In this document: positions 9,440 through 17,227 of the stretch, one piece after another
Layout of the letters: every line of letters begins with the position of its first letter
How positions within the stretch are numbered: the first letter of the stretch is position 1
Notes under the pieces: model-generated
Database searches by the model: none
Told to the model about the DNA's origin: nothing
The model's input: the letters and a program-made list of their open reading frames with translations, nothing else
Source of the DNA: Dehalococcoidia bacterium
GTDB lineage: Bacteria > Chloroflexota > Dehalococcoidia > Lucifugimonadales > UBA3495
Direction of reading: 5' to 3'
DNA length: 64,000 bases
Assembly: GCA_965215425.1 (NCBI GenBank)
Contig: OZ244064.1
Span: 1,116,095-1,180,094, forward strand
Program-made: the position numbers and the translations under genes

Positions 9440-9976
9440 CTACTTGTCCATCAGCCCCTTTTCCTTGAGGCTGACGAACCTGCTCCCGGCGATGACGATG
9501 TGGTCCAGCAGGTCGATGCCCAGCAGCTTGCCCGCTGCCGTCAGGTCCCGGGTTACGCTCACGTCCTCCGGGCTGGGCGTCGGATCTCCACTCGGATGGT
9601 TGTGGCTGACGATGATGCTGGGCGCGTTCTCGATCACGGCGGCGCGCAGCACCTCGGCGGGGCGCACCGCCGACGAGTTGACGGTGCCCTGGTACACCGT
9701 GCGCTGGCCCACCACCTGATTGCGGGTGTTGAGCAGCAGGACCCTTAGCTGCTCTTGGGCCAAGGCCGACATCTCCGACCCCAAGAGGCTCTGAACGTCG
9801 GCAGGGCAGTTGATGGTGGGCATTTCGGCGGGGCGCTCCGGCTGGTAGGCCACCTCGTAGTGCATGGCCAGCTCGCCCAGCAGTTTCATGTTGGAGCGCA
9901 GGGTCTCCAGCACGGCCTGGCCCTCCAGGGTGACGGCGGGGGGGTCGGCGGTCTTGGTCTGCTTCTTGCGGGGCAT
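9440..9976 (-). CDS. radC: RadC-like JAB domain protein
   Basis: HNHPSGDPTPSPED (HxHx7Sx2D) and overall RadC-like C-terminal sequence. AAGGAAG RBS. Confidence 0.85.
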   Translation of the reverse strand: MPRKKQTKTADPPAVTLEGQAVLETLRSNMKLLGELAMHYEVAYQPERPAEMPTINCPADVQSLLGSEMSALAQEQLRVLLLNTRNQVVGQRTVYQGTVNSSAVRPAEVLRAAVIENAPSIIVSHNHPSGDPTPSPEDVSVTRDLTAAGKLLGIDLLDHIVIAGSRFVSLKEKGLMDK

Positions 9977-10014
9977 GGTTCACTTCCTTGCGGGCAGAAT
10001 TGGAAAACGAGAGC

Positions 10015-10046
10015 GGGGCCGCTCCCTATCGGCAGGGAGTGGCCCC
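10015..10046 (-). terminator. GC-rich intergenic hairpin with a pyrimidine/U-rich tail on the minus strand
   Basis: ggggccgctccc...gggagtggcccc. The minus-strand tail reads cucucguuuucc. Confidence 0.4.
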
Positions 10047-10090
10047 GTGTTGCGCCTGCCGGTGGCGGGCGTCGGTATCAGGTTGCCCGG

Positions 10091-10495
10091 CTAGAAGGGC
10101 AGGTCGTCGTCCTGGGTGTTGGCCCCGGCGTTGGCGTAGTTGCCGTTGCTGCCGTAGTTCCCGTTGCCGTTGCGGGAGGAGTCCAGGAACACCACATCCT
10201 GGGCGTGGACCTCGGTGCGGTAGCGCCGCTGCCCGTCGTCGCCCTCCCAGGAGGTCTGGACCAACCGGCCCGCCACGTACAACCTCTGCCCTTTCTCCAC
10301 GTACTGGGCCACCGCCTCGCCCAGCTTGTCCCACACCACCACGGTGTGCCAGTCGGTGGCGTCATCGCCGTCCCTGCGGTGGCGGTCCGTGGCCAGGCGC
10401 ACCTGGGTGACGGCGGTGCCGCTGTTGGTGTAGCGCATCTCCGGGTCCGCTCCCACGCGGCCCAGCAGTTCCACCTTGTTGATGGTCTTCGCCAT
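10091..10495 (-). CDS. ssb: Single-stranded DNA-binding protein
   Basis: OB-fold N-terminus MAKTINKVELLGRVGADPEMRYT, an NG-rich linker and the acidic tip DDDLPF. Confidence 0.9.
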   Translation of the reverse strand: MAKTINKVELLGRVGADPEMRYTNSGTAVTQVRLATDRHRRDGDDATDWHTVVVWDKLGEAVAQYVEKGQRLYVAGRLVQTSWEGDDGQRRYRTEVHAQDVVFLDSSRNGNGNYGSNGNYANAGANTQDDDLPF

Positions 10496-10537
10496 GATGT
10501 TTCCTCCGTTGGATTGGTGAATTTGGGTTGCCGTGGT

Positions 10538-10571
10538 GGGGCAGTCCCTTCCTGTAGAAAGGAACTGCCCC
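10538..10571 (-). terminator. GC-rich intergenic hairpin
   Basis: ggggcagt...actgcccc with an inner cctt/aagg pairing, between the nuclease gene and ssb. Confidence 0.35.
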
Positions 10572-10608
10572 GTGCCGCGCTCCGGCCTGCGGAGCGTCAG
10601 GGTTCTGC

Positions 10609-11664
10609 CTAGCTGACCCGCAGGTAGCGGGAGACGTTCTCGGTGACGATGGTGGCGCGGGTCTCCGGGTCGAGGAGAGCGTTCAGCCGCTTGTGGTCCA
10701 CGTTGTACTTGGTAGACTTCACCATCCCCACGGTGCGGGTCTTCTTACCGCCCGCCAGCTTGGCCTTGTCCTCTCCGCGCTGCCTGAGCCAGGCCCGCAG
10801 CAGCCCTAGCGCCCACTGCTTGTCTTCCTCGATGGCCTTCAGCATCTCCTGGGCCTGTTCGTACTCCAGGAGCGCCGCCTGCGCATCGTCGTCGCTGACC
10901 GGCTCCGTGTCCTCGACGGGTTCGTCCTCCGGTTCTACCGCCGCCATCCCCGGCAGGCAGGCGTTCAGGAAGGGACAGCGCTGGCACTGCCAGTCCTCGG
11001 CGGTGAAGTCCCGCTCCGGCAGGGCGTCCGGGTCCGGCCCGTTGATGACGTGGTGGGCGGCCAGTTCCCCCAGGCGGGCGCAGGCTTGCTCGAAGGCCCG
11101 CTCCACCCGATGAGCTGGTATCACCTCGTAGTCCCAGGTGCGGCCGCCCGTGTTCAGGGTGGCGATCACCACCTCCCGGGCCTCATTGAAGGTCCCGTAG
11201 GTGTAGCAGGCGGCCTGCCACACCGATTCCGGGTGGCTGCGCTCCGCCCCCAACGTCCGCCACTTCTTGTAGGCCTCCGGCCCCCGGGTCTTGACCTCGA
11301 CGATGCTGGGTTCGTTGCCGAAGATGGGCGCGACGCCGGCGGCGTCCACGTGGCCGCTGACCAGCAGCGTCGGGCCGAGGCGCAGGGAGACCATCCGGGG
11401 GTTGTCCCTATCGGTGGGGGTGATGTCCCAGCCGGCCCGCGCCATGGCCCGCAGCACCACCGGCTCCAGGGCATTGCCCGCCTCCAGCAGGGTCAGGGAG
11501 TCGTCGCTGCGCGGGTTGGTGACCTCGTGGCCGGTGGCCTCGTACCAGAGGGCGCGGCGGCAGTTGCCCACCGCCGAGGCCCGGATCTCCAGGATGCCGC
11601 CCTCGCCGAAGCGGGCGTTGGGGCGGGCGTACGCGTCGGTCAGGTTGTCGATGGTCGTCGTCAT
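10609..11664 (-). CDS. PD-(D/E)XK nuclease, Cas4/RecB-like, with a putative Fe-S cysteine set
   Basis: N-terminal Cys (VGNCRRALWYE) plus C-terminal CQRCPFLNAC; HVD...VEVK core-like motif. AGAGGAG RBS. Confidence 0.7.
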   Translation of the reverse strand: MTTTIDNLTDAYARPNARFGEGGILEIRASAVGNCRRALWYEATGHEVTNPRSDDSLTLLEAGNALEPVVLRAMARAGWDITPTDRDNPRMVSLRLGPTLLVSGHVDAAGVAPIFGNEPSIVEVKTRGPEAYKKWRTLGAERSHPESVWQAACYTYGTFNEAREVVIATLNTGGRTWDYEVIPAHRVERAFEQACARLGELAAHHVINGPDPDALPERDFTAEDWQCQRCPFLNACLPGMAAVEPEDEPVEDTEPVSDDDAQAALLEYEQAQEMLKAIEEDKQWALGLLRAWLRQRGEDKAKLAGGKKTRTVGMVKSTKYNVDHKRLNALLDPETRATIVTENVSRYLRVS

Positions 11665-11709
11665 TTCGTTGCTCCTCTTGCTTGTCGTTGTGTCCGTTAG
11701 ACGAGAGGC

Positions 11710-11739
11710 GGGGCCGCCCCGTCAGAAGGAAGCGGCCCC
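11710..11739 (-). terminator. GC-rich intergenic hairpin
   Basis: ggggccgc-(14 nt)-gcggcccc. Confidence 0.35.
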
Positions 11740-11768
11740 GTGCGCCTTGAGAGGTCGCTTGGGATTGG

Positions 11769-12176
11769 TCAGTCGGCGGCAACGGGCATTTCCGTAGGTT
11801 CCGCCTCGGCTGACGTTGCCAGGTAGTCCCGCAGGACCAGGGCGATGGCGTCGCCCAGGCCCCGCACGTACACCGTCCTGCCGTCCTCCATCACGTCGGG
11901 CCAGGGCTGCATCTCGCTTATGCCCCGACACTGGTCCACGATTTCGTCGAGAGGCGTCCCCCGCCGCAGGTGCAGCGAGACCAACCGGCAGGCCAGTTCG
12001 GTCATACCGTGTTGCAGGCTACCGGCCTTGCCCAACGAGCCGAATACCTCGAAGGGCTGGCCGTCATCGTCCAGGCCCACGGTGACGAACAGGCTGCCCA
12101 GCTCGGTGCCCAGCTTCGTGGTAACACTGGGCAGGCTGCGGGGCCGGGGCCGGGTGGTTGTAGTTGCGCCGACCAT
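11769..12176 (-). CDS. TSCPD-domain protein (stand-alone domain resembling the class II RNR C-terminus)
   Basis: LFVTVGLDDDGQPFEVFGSLGKAGS...LVSLHLRRGTPLDEIVDQCRGI resembles the TSCPD signature. ATGA overlap with the upstream gene. Confidence 0.65.
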   Translation of the reverse strand: MVGATTTTRPRPRSLPSVTTKLGTELGSLFVTVGLDDDGQPFEVFGSLGKAGSLQHGMTELACRLVSLHLRRGTPLDEIVDQCRGISEMQPWPDVMEDGRTVYVRGLGDAIALVLRDYLATSAEAEPTEMPVAAD

Positions 12177-12664
12177 CAGCCACCTCCCCGGCGGCAGCGG
12201 GTCTTGCCGCACTCGATGGCCTCCATCCGCCCGTAGTCCCGCACGTTGCCCGCGTCGCTGGCGAAGGCTTCCGCCGCCTCCCCGGTGTCGAAGCGCCCGA
12301 AGGGGTCGGCGGCGTGGCCGCCGGAGCAGGCGACCACGTGGTAGTGGGGGCCGGTGTCCACCGCCCGCAGAAAGGACAGCGCCGGGGTGTAGCGGTCGAA
12401 GTAGCCCGCGATCTTGAGGGCCAGTTCCCGGTCCCTGGCGTCGCCGATGCCCAGCAGGGTCCGGGCAATGGGTTCCTCGCAATCCTCTTCCGCGAAGGTC
12501 GGGTTGAGGAAGGCGTCCCGCACGCGGTCGGGCAGTGAGTACCACCGCTCCCGGCTCAGCTTCAGCCCGCCGTGGCCGGCGGTTTCGACCCGCCAGATGC
12601 CCTCGGCCAGTTCCTCGATGTCCTGGGACCAGCCCCAGGGGGTGTGGATGGTGGTTGCCGTCAT
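12176..12664 (-). CDS. Hypothetical protein of conserved appearance
   Basis: 162 aa from MTATTIHTPWGW; AAGGAGG RBS. The rest of the 433-aa track ORF is Arg/Gly/Pro shadow sequence. Confidence 0.55.
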   Translation of the reverse strand: MTATTIHTPWGWSQDIEELAEGIWRVETAGHGGLKLSRERWYSLPDRVRDAFLNPTFAEEDCEEPIARTLLGIGDARDRELALKIAGYFDRYTPALSFLRAVDTGPHYHVVACSGGHAADPFGRFDTGEAAEAFASDAGNVRDYGRMEAIECGKTRCRRGGG

Positions 12665-12698
12665 TTCCGTTTCCTCCTTGTTCCTGCAAATGAGAAGC

Positions 12699-12726
12699 GG
12701 GGCCGTCCCGCGATGGAGACAGCCCC
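12699..12726 (-). terminator. GC-rich intergenic hairpin
   Basis: ggggccgtc...gacagcccc (one mismatch). Confidence 0.3.
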
Positions 12727-12750
12727 GTTGCATGGTGTTGGCAACGGTGT

Positions 12751-13578
12751 CTACCCGTTGCCGTTGGCGGCTTCCTTCGCCTCGTTGACCTTGCGGGCCG
12801 CCCCCTCCACCAGGGGCTTGAGGTCCCTGGCGGGCAGGTCGTCCAGGTCCTGGCCCGTCTGCTTCCGCACCGCCGCCCGCACCTGGCCCTCGTCGAAGCC
12901 CTGCTCCGCGCCCAGGGCGATGAGCCGTCCCCGCAACTGCTGGAGGTAGGAACCGTCCCGGCGGCCATTGCCGTTGTTGCCCTGGCCGGAGTTGCCGTTG
13001 GCGGAAGCTTCCGAACGCTGCGCCCTGGGGCGGCTGGTAGTTGCAGGCTGGTCCCCGTACAGCCCGTTGCCGAAGCGGTTCCCGAAGGTGCGCAGCGCCC
13101 GTTTCAGGCCGTCGGTGACAGCCCCCTTGCAGGCCGTGTCGTGGCCCTCCGGCGTATCCTCGGCCACGATGTGGAAGCCGATGTCGGTGCGGGACGGCGC
13201 GCCGTTGACGGAGACCCGCACCTGGGCGCTGTAGGCGTAAGAGACCTTGACCTCTCCGGTCCTGACGTCGACCTTCTCCATCCGCCGCAGGCTCACGTCG
13301 CCCACGAGTTCGTAACCCCAGCCGCCGTAGCCGAAGATCCGGTTGGCCTGGTCGATGACGGTGTGGCCCTCGAGGTAGTCGTACCGGCGGTTGCCCCGCC
13401 CGTCGCGCCGGGAGACCAGGGCCGGGTCCAGGGGCTGCTCCAAGGCGTTGACCACGGCAGGGGGCAGCCCGTCCCACAGGAGGTCGTGGCCGGTGAAGTC
13501 GGCGGAGTCCGGGTGGGCGCCGTTGCCGTTGAGGTTGACGTGGCCGTTGTTGCTGTGGTTGCCGTTTCCATTACCCAT
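12751..13578 (-). CDS. Rad52/22-family single-strand annealing protein with NG-rich termini
   Basis: RRYDYLEGHTVIDQANRIFGYGGWGYE...KGAVTDGLKRALRTFGNRFGNGLY. AAGGAG RBS before the ATG at 13578. Confidence 0.8.
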   Translation of the reverse strand: MGNGNGNHSNNGHVNLNGNGAHPDSADFTGHDLLWDGLPPAVVNALEQPLDPALVSRRDGRGNRRYDYLEGHTVIDQANRIFGYGGWGYELVGDVSLRRMEKVDVRTGEVKVSYAYSAQVRVSVNGAPSRTDIGFHIVAEDTPEGHDTACKGAVTDGLKRALRTFGNRFGNGLYGDQPATTSRPRAQRSEASANGNSGQGNNGNGRRDGSYLQQLRGRLIALGAEQGFDEGQVRAAVRKQTGQDLDDLPARDLKPLVEGAARKVNEAKEAANGNG

Positions 13579-13698
13579 GAGTTCGCTCCTTTGCGTTGTG
13601 ATGTTGGATGTGCCGTTGGTTGAAGCGGCATTCGCCAAGCGAAGCCGTGAGCAGGGCCGGATGCCCCGTCGTGCCGTTGGGTTGTGGGGAAAAGAGAA

Positions 13699-13720
13699 GG
13701 CCCGCCGTTGCAGGCGGGCC
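13699..13720 (-). terminator. GC-rich intergenic hairpin with a U-rich tail on the minus strand
   Basis: ggcccgcc-gttgca-ggcgggcc. The minus-strand tail reads uucucuuuucccc. Confidence 0.4.
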
Positions 13721-13752
13721 GGTAGAGAGAAGGTTGGTGGGGGAAGAGTTGA

Positions 13753-14811
13753 CTAGCGGGCGTTGTGGGCCGCCCGTCGCAGCAGCCTGCGGAAGAGGCG
13801 TTTGCCATTGGTCAGCGTTGCCAGTTCGCCCACGTCGGCGACGCCCTCGGGCAGGTTGACCACGGCGACGCGGTTGCCCAGCAGGTTGCGGAGACTGGCC
13901 GCCGCCGTGTTGCCCGCGTCGTCGTTGTCGAAGGCAAGAAAGACCCGGGGGCAGCCCCGCAACGCATTGGCTACCTTGTCCATCCCCTGCGTGCCCAGGG
14001 CGGCGACGGCGGGATAGCCCCAGGCCGTGAGGGTGAGGTAGTCGAAGACGCCTTCGGCGACGATTACCCAGGGCGGCGCCGGACCCAGGGCAGCCAGTCC
14101 CAGGAGGGGCTTGGAGCCTGGCAACGCCTGGAACCGGGGTTTGGTTGCGGCGTCAATGGCCCGCCCGGTGAACCAGCAGACCAGGCCGTTGGCAGTGTCG
14201 GGAATGGTGATCATCCCGGCGAACCGCTCGGTGCCCCTTTCCAGGAACAACCCCGAGGCCCGTTGCCGGTCGGGGTTGAAACCAGCGGAGCCGAGGTAGT
14301 CCCGCAACCCGTCGCCGCTGGCGTAGCCCAGGCCCAGCCGCCGGGCGGCGTCGGCGCCGATGCCCCGCGAGGCCAGGTATTGCAGGGCTACCCAGCTGGG
14401 CCGCAGTTGCCCCACGTAGAACCTTGCCGCCGCCGTCAGCAGGGCGGGATCGCGGGGCGGAACGGACCGGGCGGCGGGTTGTCCAGTTGCTGAAGGACGA
14501 ACCGCCGAGGGCGCCACCGGCGGTGTCGAGCCGTCGTCCAGCCGCCGGATGGCTTCCGGCAACGTCAGCCCTTCCATCCGGCCCACGAAGTCCAGCACGT
14601 CGCCGCCCGCCCCGCACCCGAAGCACCAGAACCTCTCGCTATCGGCGTACACCGTGAAGCTTCCTTCCGCTTCCTGGTGAAAGGGACACACTCCCTGCCG
14701 CACTCGCCCCTTGCCGTGCAGGACAATCCCGGCGGCCTCCACCGCGTCGGCCAGGGAGTGGCGCGCCTTGAGTTCGGCGATGTCCACCTTGTCCGATGTC
14801 GTTACGACCAT
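13753..14811 (-). CDS. DnaG-type DNA primase (CHC2 zinc finger plus Toprim)
   Basis: CPFHQEAEGSFTVY...WCFGCGAGGDVLDFV, then a Toprim-like VIVAEGVFDYL...FDNDDAG. Confidence 0.85.
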   Translation of the reverse strand: MVVTTSDKVDIAELKARHSLADAVEAAGIVLHGKGRVRQGVCPFHQEAEGSFTVYADSERFWCFGCGAGGDVLDFVGRMEGLTLPEAIRRLDDGSTPPVAPSAVRPSATGQPAARSVPPRDPALLTAAARFYVGQLRPSWVALQYLASRGIGADAARRLGLGYASGDGLRDYLGSAGFNPDRQRASGLFLERGTERFAGMITIPDTANGLVCWFTGRAIDAATKPRFQALPGSKPLLGLAALGPAPPWVIVAEGVFDYLTLTAWGYPAVAALGTQGMDKVANALRGCPRVFLAFDNDDAGNTAAASLRNLLGNRVAVVNLPEGVADVGELATLTNGKRLFRRLLRRAAHNAR

Positions 14812-15272
14812 GACGCTCCTCCCTGCTTGTGCAGCAGCTTCAGCCCCCGCAGGCTGCGCCGGGAGACCAATTTGCCCACCGGCCAGCGCATCCCCAGGAC
14901 GGCAGAGACTTCCAGCGTCACACCACCGTCGTTACTCGCAGGAACAAGAACCGCCGCCCTGCCGGTGGCCGGGCTGTAGAGCAAGGCGCTTTCACCGGCG
15001 AACCGGCGCCGGGCGATGTCCAGCCACTCGGCGTAGAGCCACCGCAGTTGGCCGTCCCTGGCGTTGCCTGTGGCCACTCCGTTGAACGCTTCCAGCGCCC
15101 CGTCCAAGTCGCCCGACTGCCGCAGCCGCCGGGCTTCGTGGACGGTCCTGGTCAGGCTGACCGCCGCCGCGTCCGCCAGGGCGCCATCGCCCAGCAGCGC
15201 CGCCAAGAGCCGGTCCACCAGTTCCTCCAACCGGCGGACCGATGCCGTGGTTTCCAGTGTCATCGTGGTCAT
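14802..15272 (-). CDS. Hypothetical protein
   Basis: Starts at MTTMTLETT with a GGGAGG RBS. No motif recognised. Confidence 0.45.
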   Translation of the reverse strand: MTTMTLETTASVRRLEELVDRLLAALLGDGALADAAAVSLTRTVHEARRLRQSGDLDGALEAFNGVATGNARDGQLRWLYAEWLDIARRRFAGESALLYSPATGRAAVLVPASNDGGVTLEVSAVLGMRWPVGKLVSRRSLRGLKLLHKQGGASWS

Positions 15273-15550
15273 GGATTGCCTCCCTGTTGTTGAGTGTTGG
15301 TGCGCTGCCGCTGGCAGTTGCACCGGCAATTGGCCTGCCGGCCCCTCCCGCCCTGGACGATCCCCCGCACCACCAGGGCGGCAATGCCCAGGCCGACCAG
15401 GTTGAGGAAAAACGTCCCGCCGCCGGACCCGGTGAGCAGCGGCCCCAGGATGAGCAGGGCCACCACCGCCGCCAGGGTGAGCCGCTTGTGCCGCCAGCAG
15501 AACCGGCCCGCCTTCACCGCCGCCGAGATTGTCCTAATCACGCCTGTCAT
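15269..15550 (-). CDS. Small membrane protein with a Cys-rich basic tail
   Basis: 93 aa with two hydrophobic helices; AAGGAGG RBS before the ATG at 15550. Confidence 0.5.
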   Translation of the reverse strand: MTGVIRTISAAVKAGRFCWRHKRLTLAAVVALLILGPLLTGSGGGTFFLNLVGLGIAALVVRGIVQGGRGRQANCRCNCQRQRTNTQQQGGNP

Positions 15551-16381
15551 ATTCGCCTCCTTTTCTGTGATTGACGTTTGCGCGTTTGACCCACGCGGCA
15601 TCCGGGGACCGCGGGTCGTGTAACTTGGAACAAAGGAATGGGGGATTGAGTGGAAACCGGACGCGCTCCGCCCTGGGCCGGATGCCTGGCAAGGGATACG
15701 GAGCGGTAAGGGAAGAGAAAAGAAGCGCGGCCCGTCCGTCGGTCAAGGTGGCGAAACACCGACCAACGGAGGGACCGCAACAGCAGACGCAGCCCGGCCC
15801 AGGCGAGGGTCAAGGCGAAGAACGTCGCCGACCGTCGCGCCGTAAACGAGGCTGCGGTGGGGTCAGGCCCGACTTACCGCAGGCGTGAGGAAGCGGCCGG
15901 GGCGGGATTACCGCGCCAACCGCAGGTGTGGGAAGAAACTACGAAGCGGTCAGCCGCTCCGCAGATGGGGATGAAGGGGCCGGAGTCCCTGGCCCGGGTC
16001 TTGGTTCTGCTAACCACCTCCTTGGCGTAGGTGAACGTGAGATTGACCTGATGCACCGCATCGAACCGGTCGCCGGAGGAGCAAGGCTCGACCCCGGTTC
16101 CGCATCACGCAGCGGGCGGGCGCTTATCCCTTGATGGAACGTCCCAGGGAGAGCAGGGCTCGATCCCAAGTCAACGGTCCGGGTCGGGGATGGACCCTCC
16201 AGTTTTCTGGGCTGGAAACACTGGAAAAAGCCAGACAACGCATTCAATTATTCACGCCCTGCGCCGCCCTGGGAACCCCGAAACCCACTCTTTTGCCCCC
16301 TCCCGCGCCAATCATTCACTGCCAACCAGCACGTTCGGAATGGCCGTTCCGACGGCATCCACAGGGGCAACCCCTGGCGGC
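15551..16381. other. 830-bp ORF-free, highly structured region (candidate ncRNA or cis-acting ssDNA/DNA site)
   Basis: No credible ORF in any frame. G exceeds C on the plus strand, opposite to the flanking minus-strand genes (hand counts). Contains nested stems and three pairs of duplicated motifs; see findings. Confidence 0.5.
16247..16275 (-). promoter_or_regulatory. Candidate sigma70-like promoter facing the ORF-free region
   Basis: On the minus strand, TTCCCA-N17-AATAAT. Sequence resemblance only. Confidence 0.25.
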
Positions 16382-17212
16382 CTACTTCCGCCACAAACCG
16401 AAGGTGAGGAACCGCCGCAGCCGGAGCATCTTGCGGTCCACTATCACGTCGTCCAGCAACTCGTTGCGGCGCCGGACCTCCTGCCGGCGGTCGCCCCGGT
16501 CCCAGGGATAGGTCCTGGGCGGCAGGGTCAGCTGGTGCTTCTCAATCAACTCGACCTCCAGCTCCAGCCACCGCTGCCGGACGTTGAGCTTTTCCAGGGC
16601 GTCCCTGGTCTGACCATAGGCATCCCGGGCCTCGCGCCACTGGACGATCACCGCCGTGGCCGCGTCGCCGTACACCAGCTCCTCGCCGGGTTCGGCATCG
16701 GCCTTCACCAGGTCGTAGTAGGTCCGACGGGGCCGCTGGACCACGGGCCTGTTCACCGGCGCCGCATTGCTCGCTGAGGCCGCGCCACCAACTGGCAGCG
16801 CGGTATTCCCCGCCTTTTCCAGTGCCTCAACCCGTTCCTGCAACTGCGCCAGCGCATTGGTTTGTCGCTCATCCATCGCCTGAGCCTCCTTGCGCAATTC
16901 CGCCAGCCCGTCCCGCAGCGCCACCTTCAACTCCTTCAGCCCGTCCTCCAGCGTCCCCAGCCGGTGTCGCTGGGTGGCCGCCGCCGACCCGCCCCCCTCC
17001 AATAGGAGCCTTTCCAAAGCCCCGGCCAGCGTCGGCGTGAGCCGCCGGGACTCCTCGTACCGGGTCAACGTGCGGGGGCTGACCCCCAGGGTCTCCGCCG
17101 CCCGGGTCTTGCCCTGCTCACCGATCAGGTCCCCCAGGAGCGCCGCCAGCCGCAGTTCCCGCAGGCTTTCCACGCTCCGGGTGGCATCCGGGTATTGCTC
17201 GCTCTCCGCCAT
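16382..17212 (-). CDS. HTH DNA-binding protein with a long coiled-coil region
   Basis: GKTRAAETLGVSPRTLTRYEE HTH-like segment, then heptad-like LKELKVALRDGLAELRKEAQAM. The ATG at 17212 has a GAGGAGGG RBS; the track start at 17236 is a TTG. Confidence 0.6.
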   Translation of the reverse strand: MAESEQYPDATRSVESLRELRLAALLGDLIGEQGKTRAAETLGVSPRTLTRYEESRRLTPTLAGALERLLLEGGGSAAATQRHRLGTLEDGLKELKVALRDGLAELRKEAQAMDERQTNALAQLQERVEALEKAGNTALPVGGAASASNAAPVNRPVVQRPRRTYYDLVKADAEPGEELVYGDAATAVIVQWREARDAYGQTRDALEKLNVRQRWLELEVELIEKHQLTLPPRTYPWDRGDRRQEVRRRNELLDDVIVDRKMLRLRRFLTFGLWRK

Positions 17213-17227
17213 GACACTGCCCTCCTC

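Noticed and set aside
11769-13477. Long 399-aa and 433-aa minus-strand ORFs taken at face value
   Set aside because: Only their 3' portions (11769-12176 and 12176-12664) follow strong RBSs and read like proteins. The upstream parts are shadow frames overlapping the neighbouring real genes.
15551-16381. Group II intron, retron or tmRNA/RNase P identity for the ORF-free region
   Set aside because: No reverse transcriptase or maturase ORF is present. I could not find the GUGYG 5' end or a domain V consensus, and there is no tRNA-like end or tag reading frame. No known RNA family could be matched by eye, so the region is reported only as an unassigned structured region.
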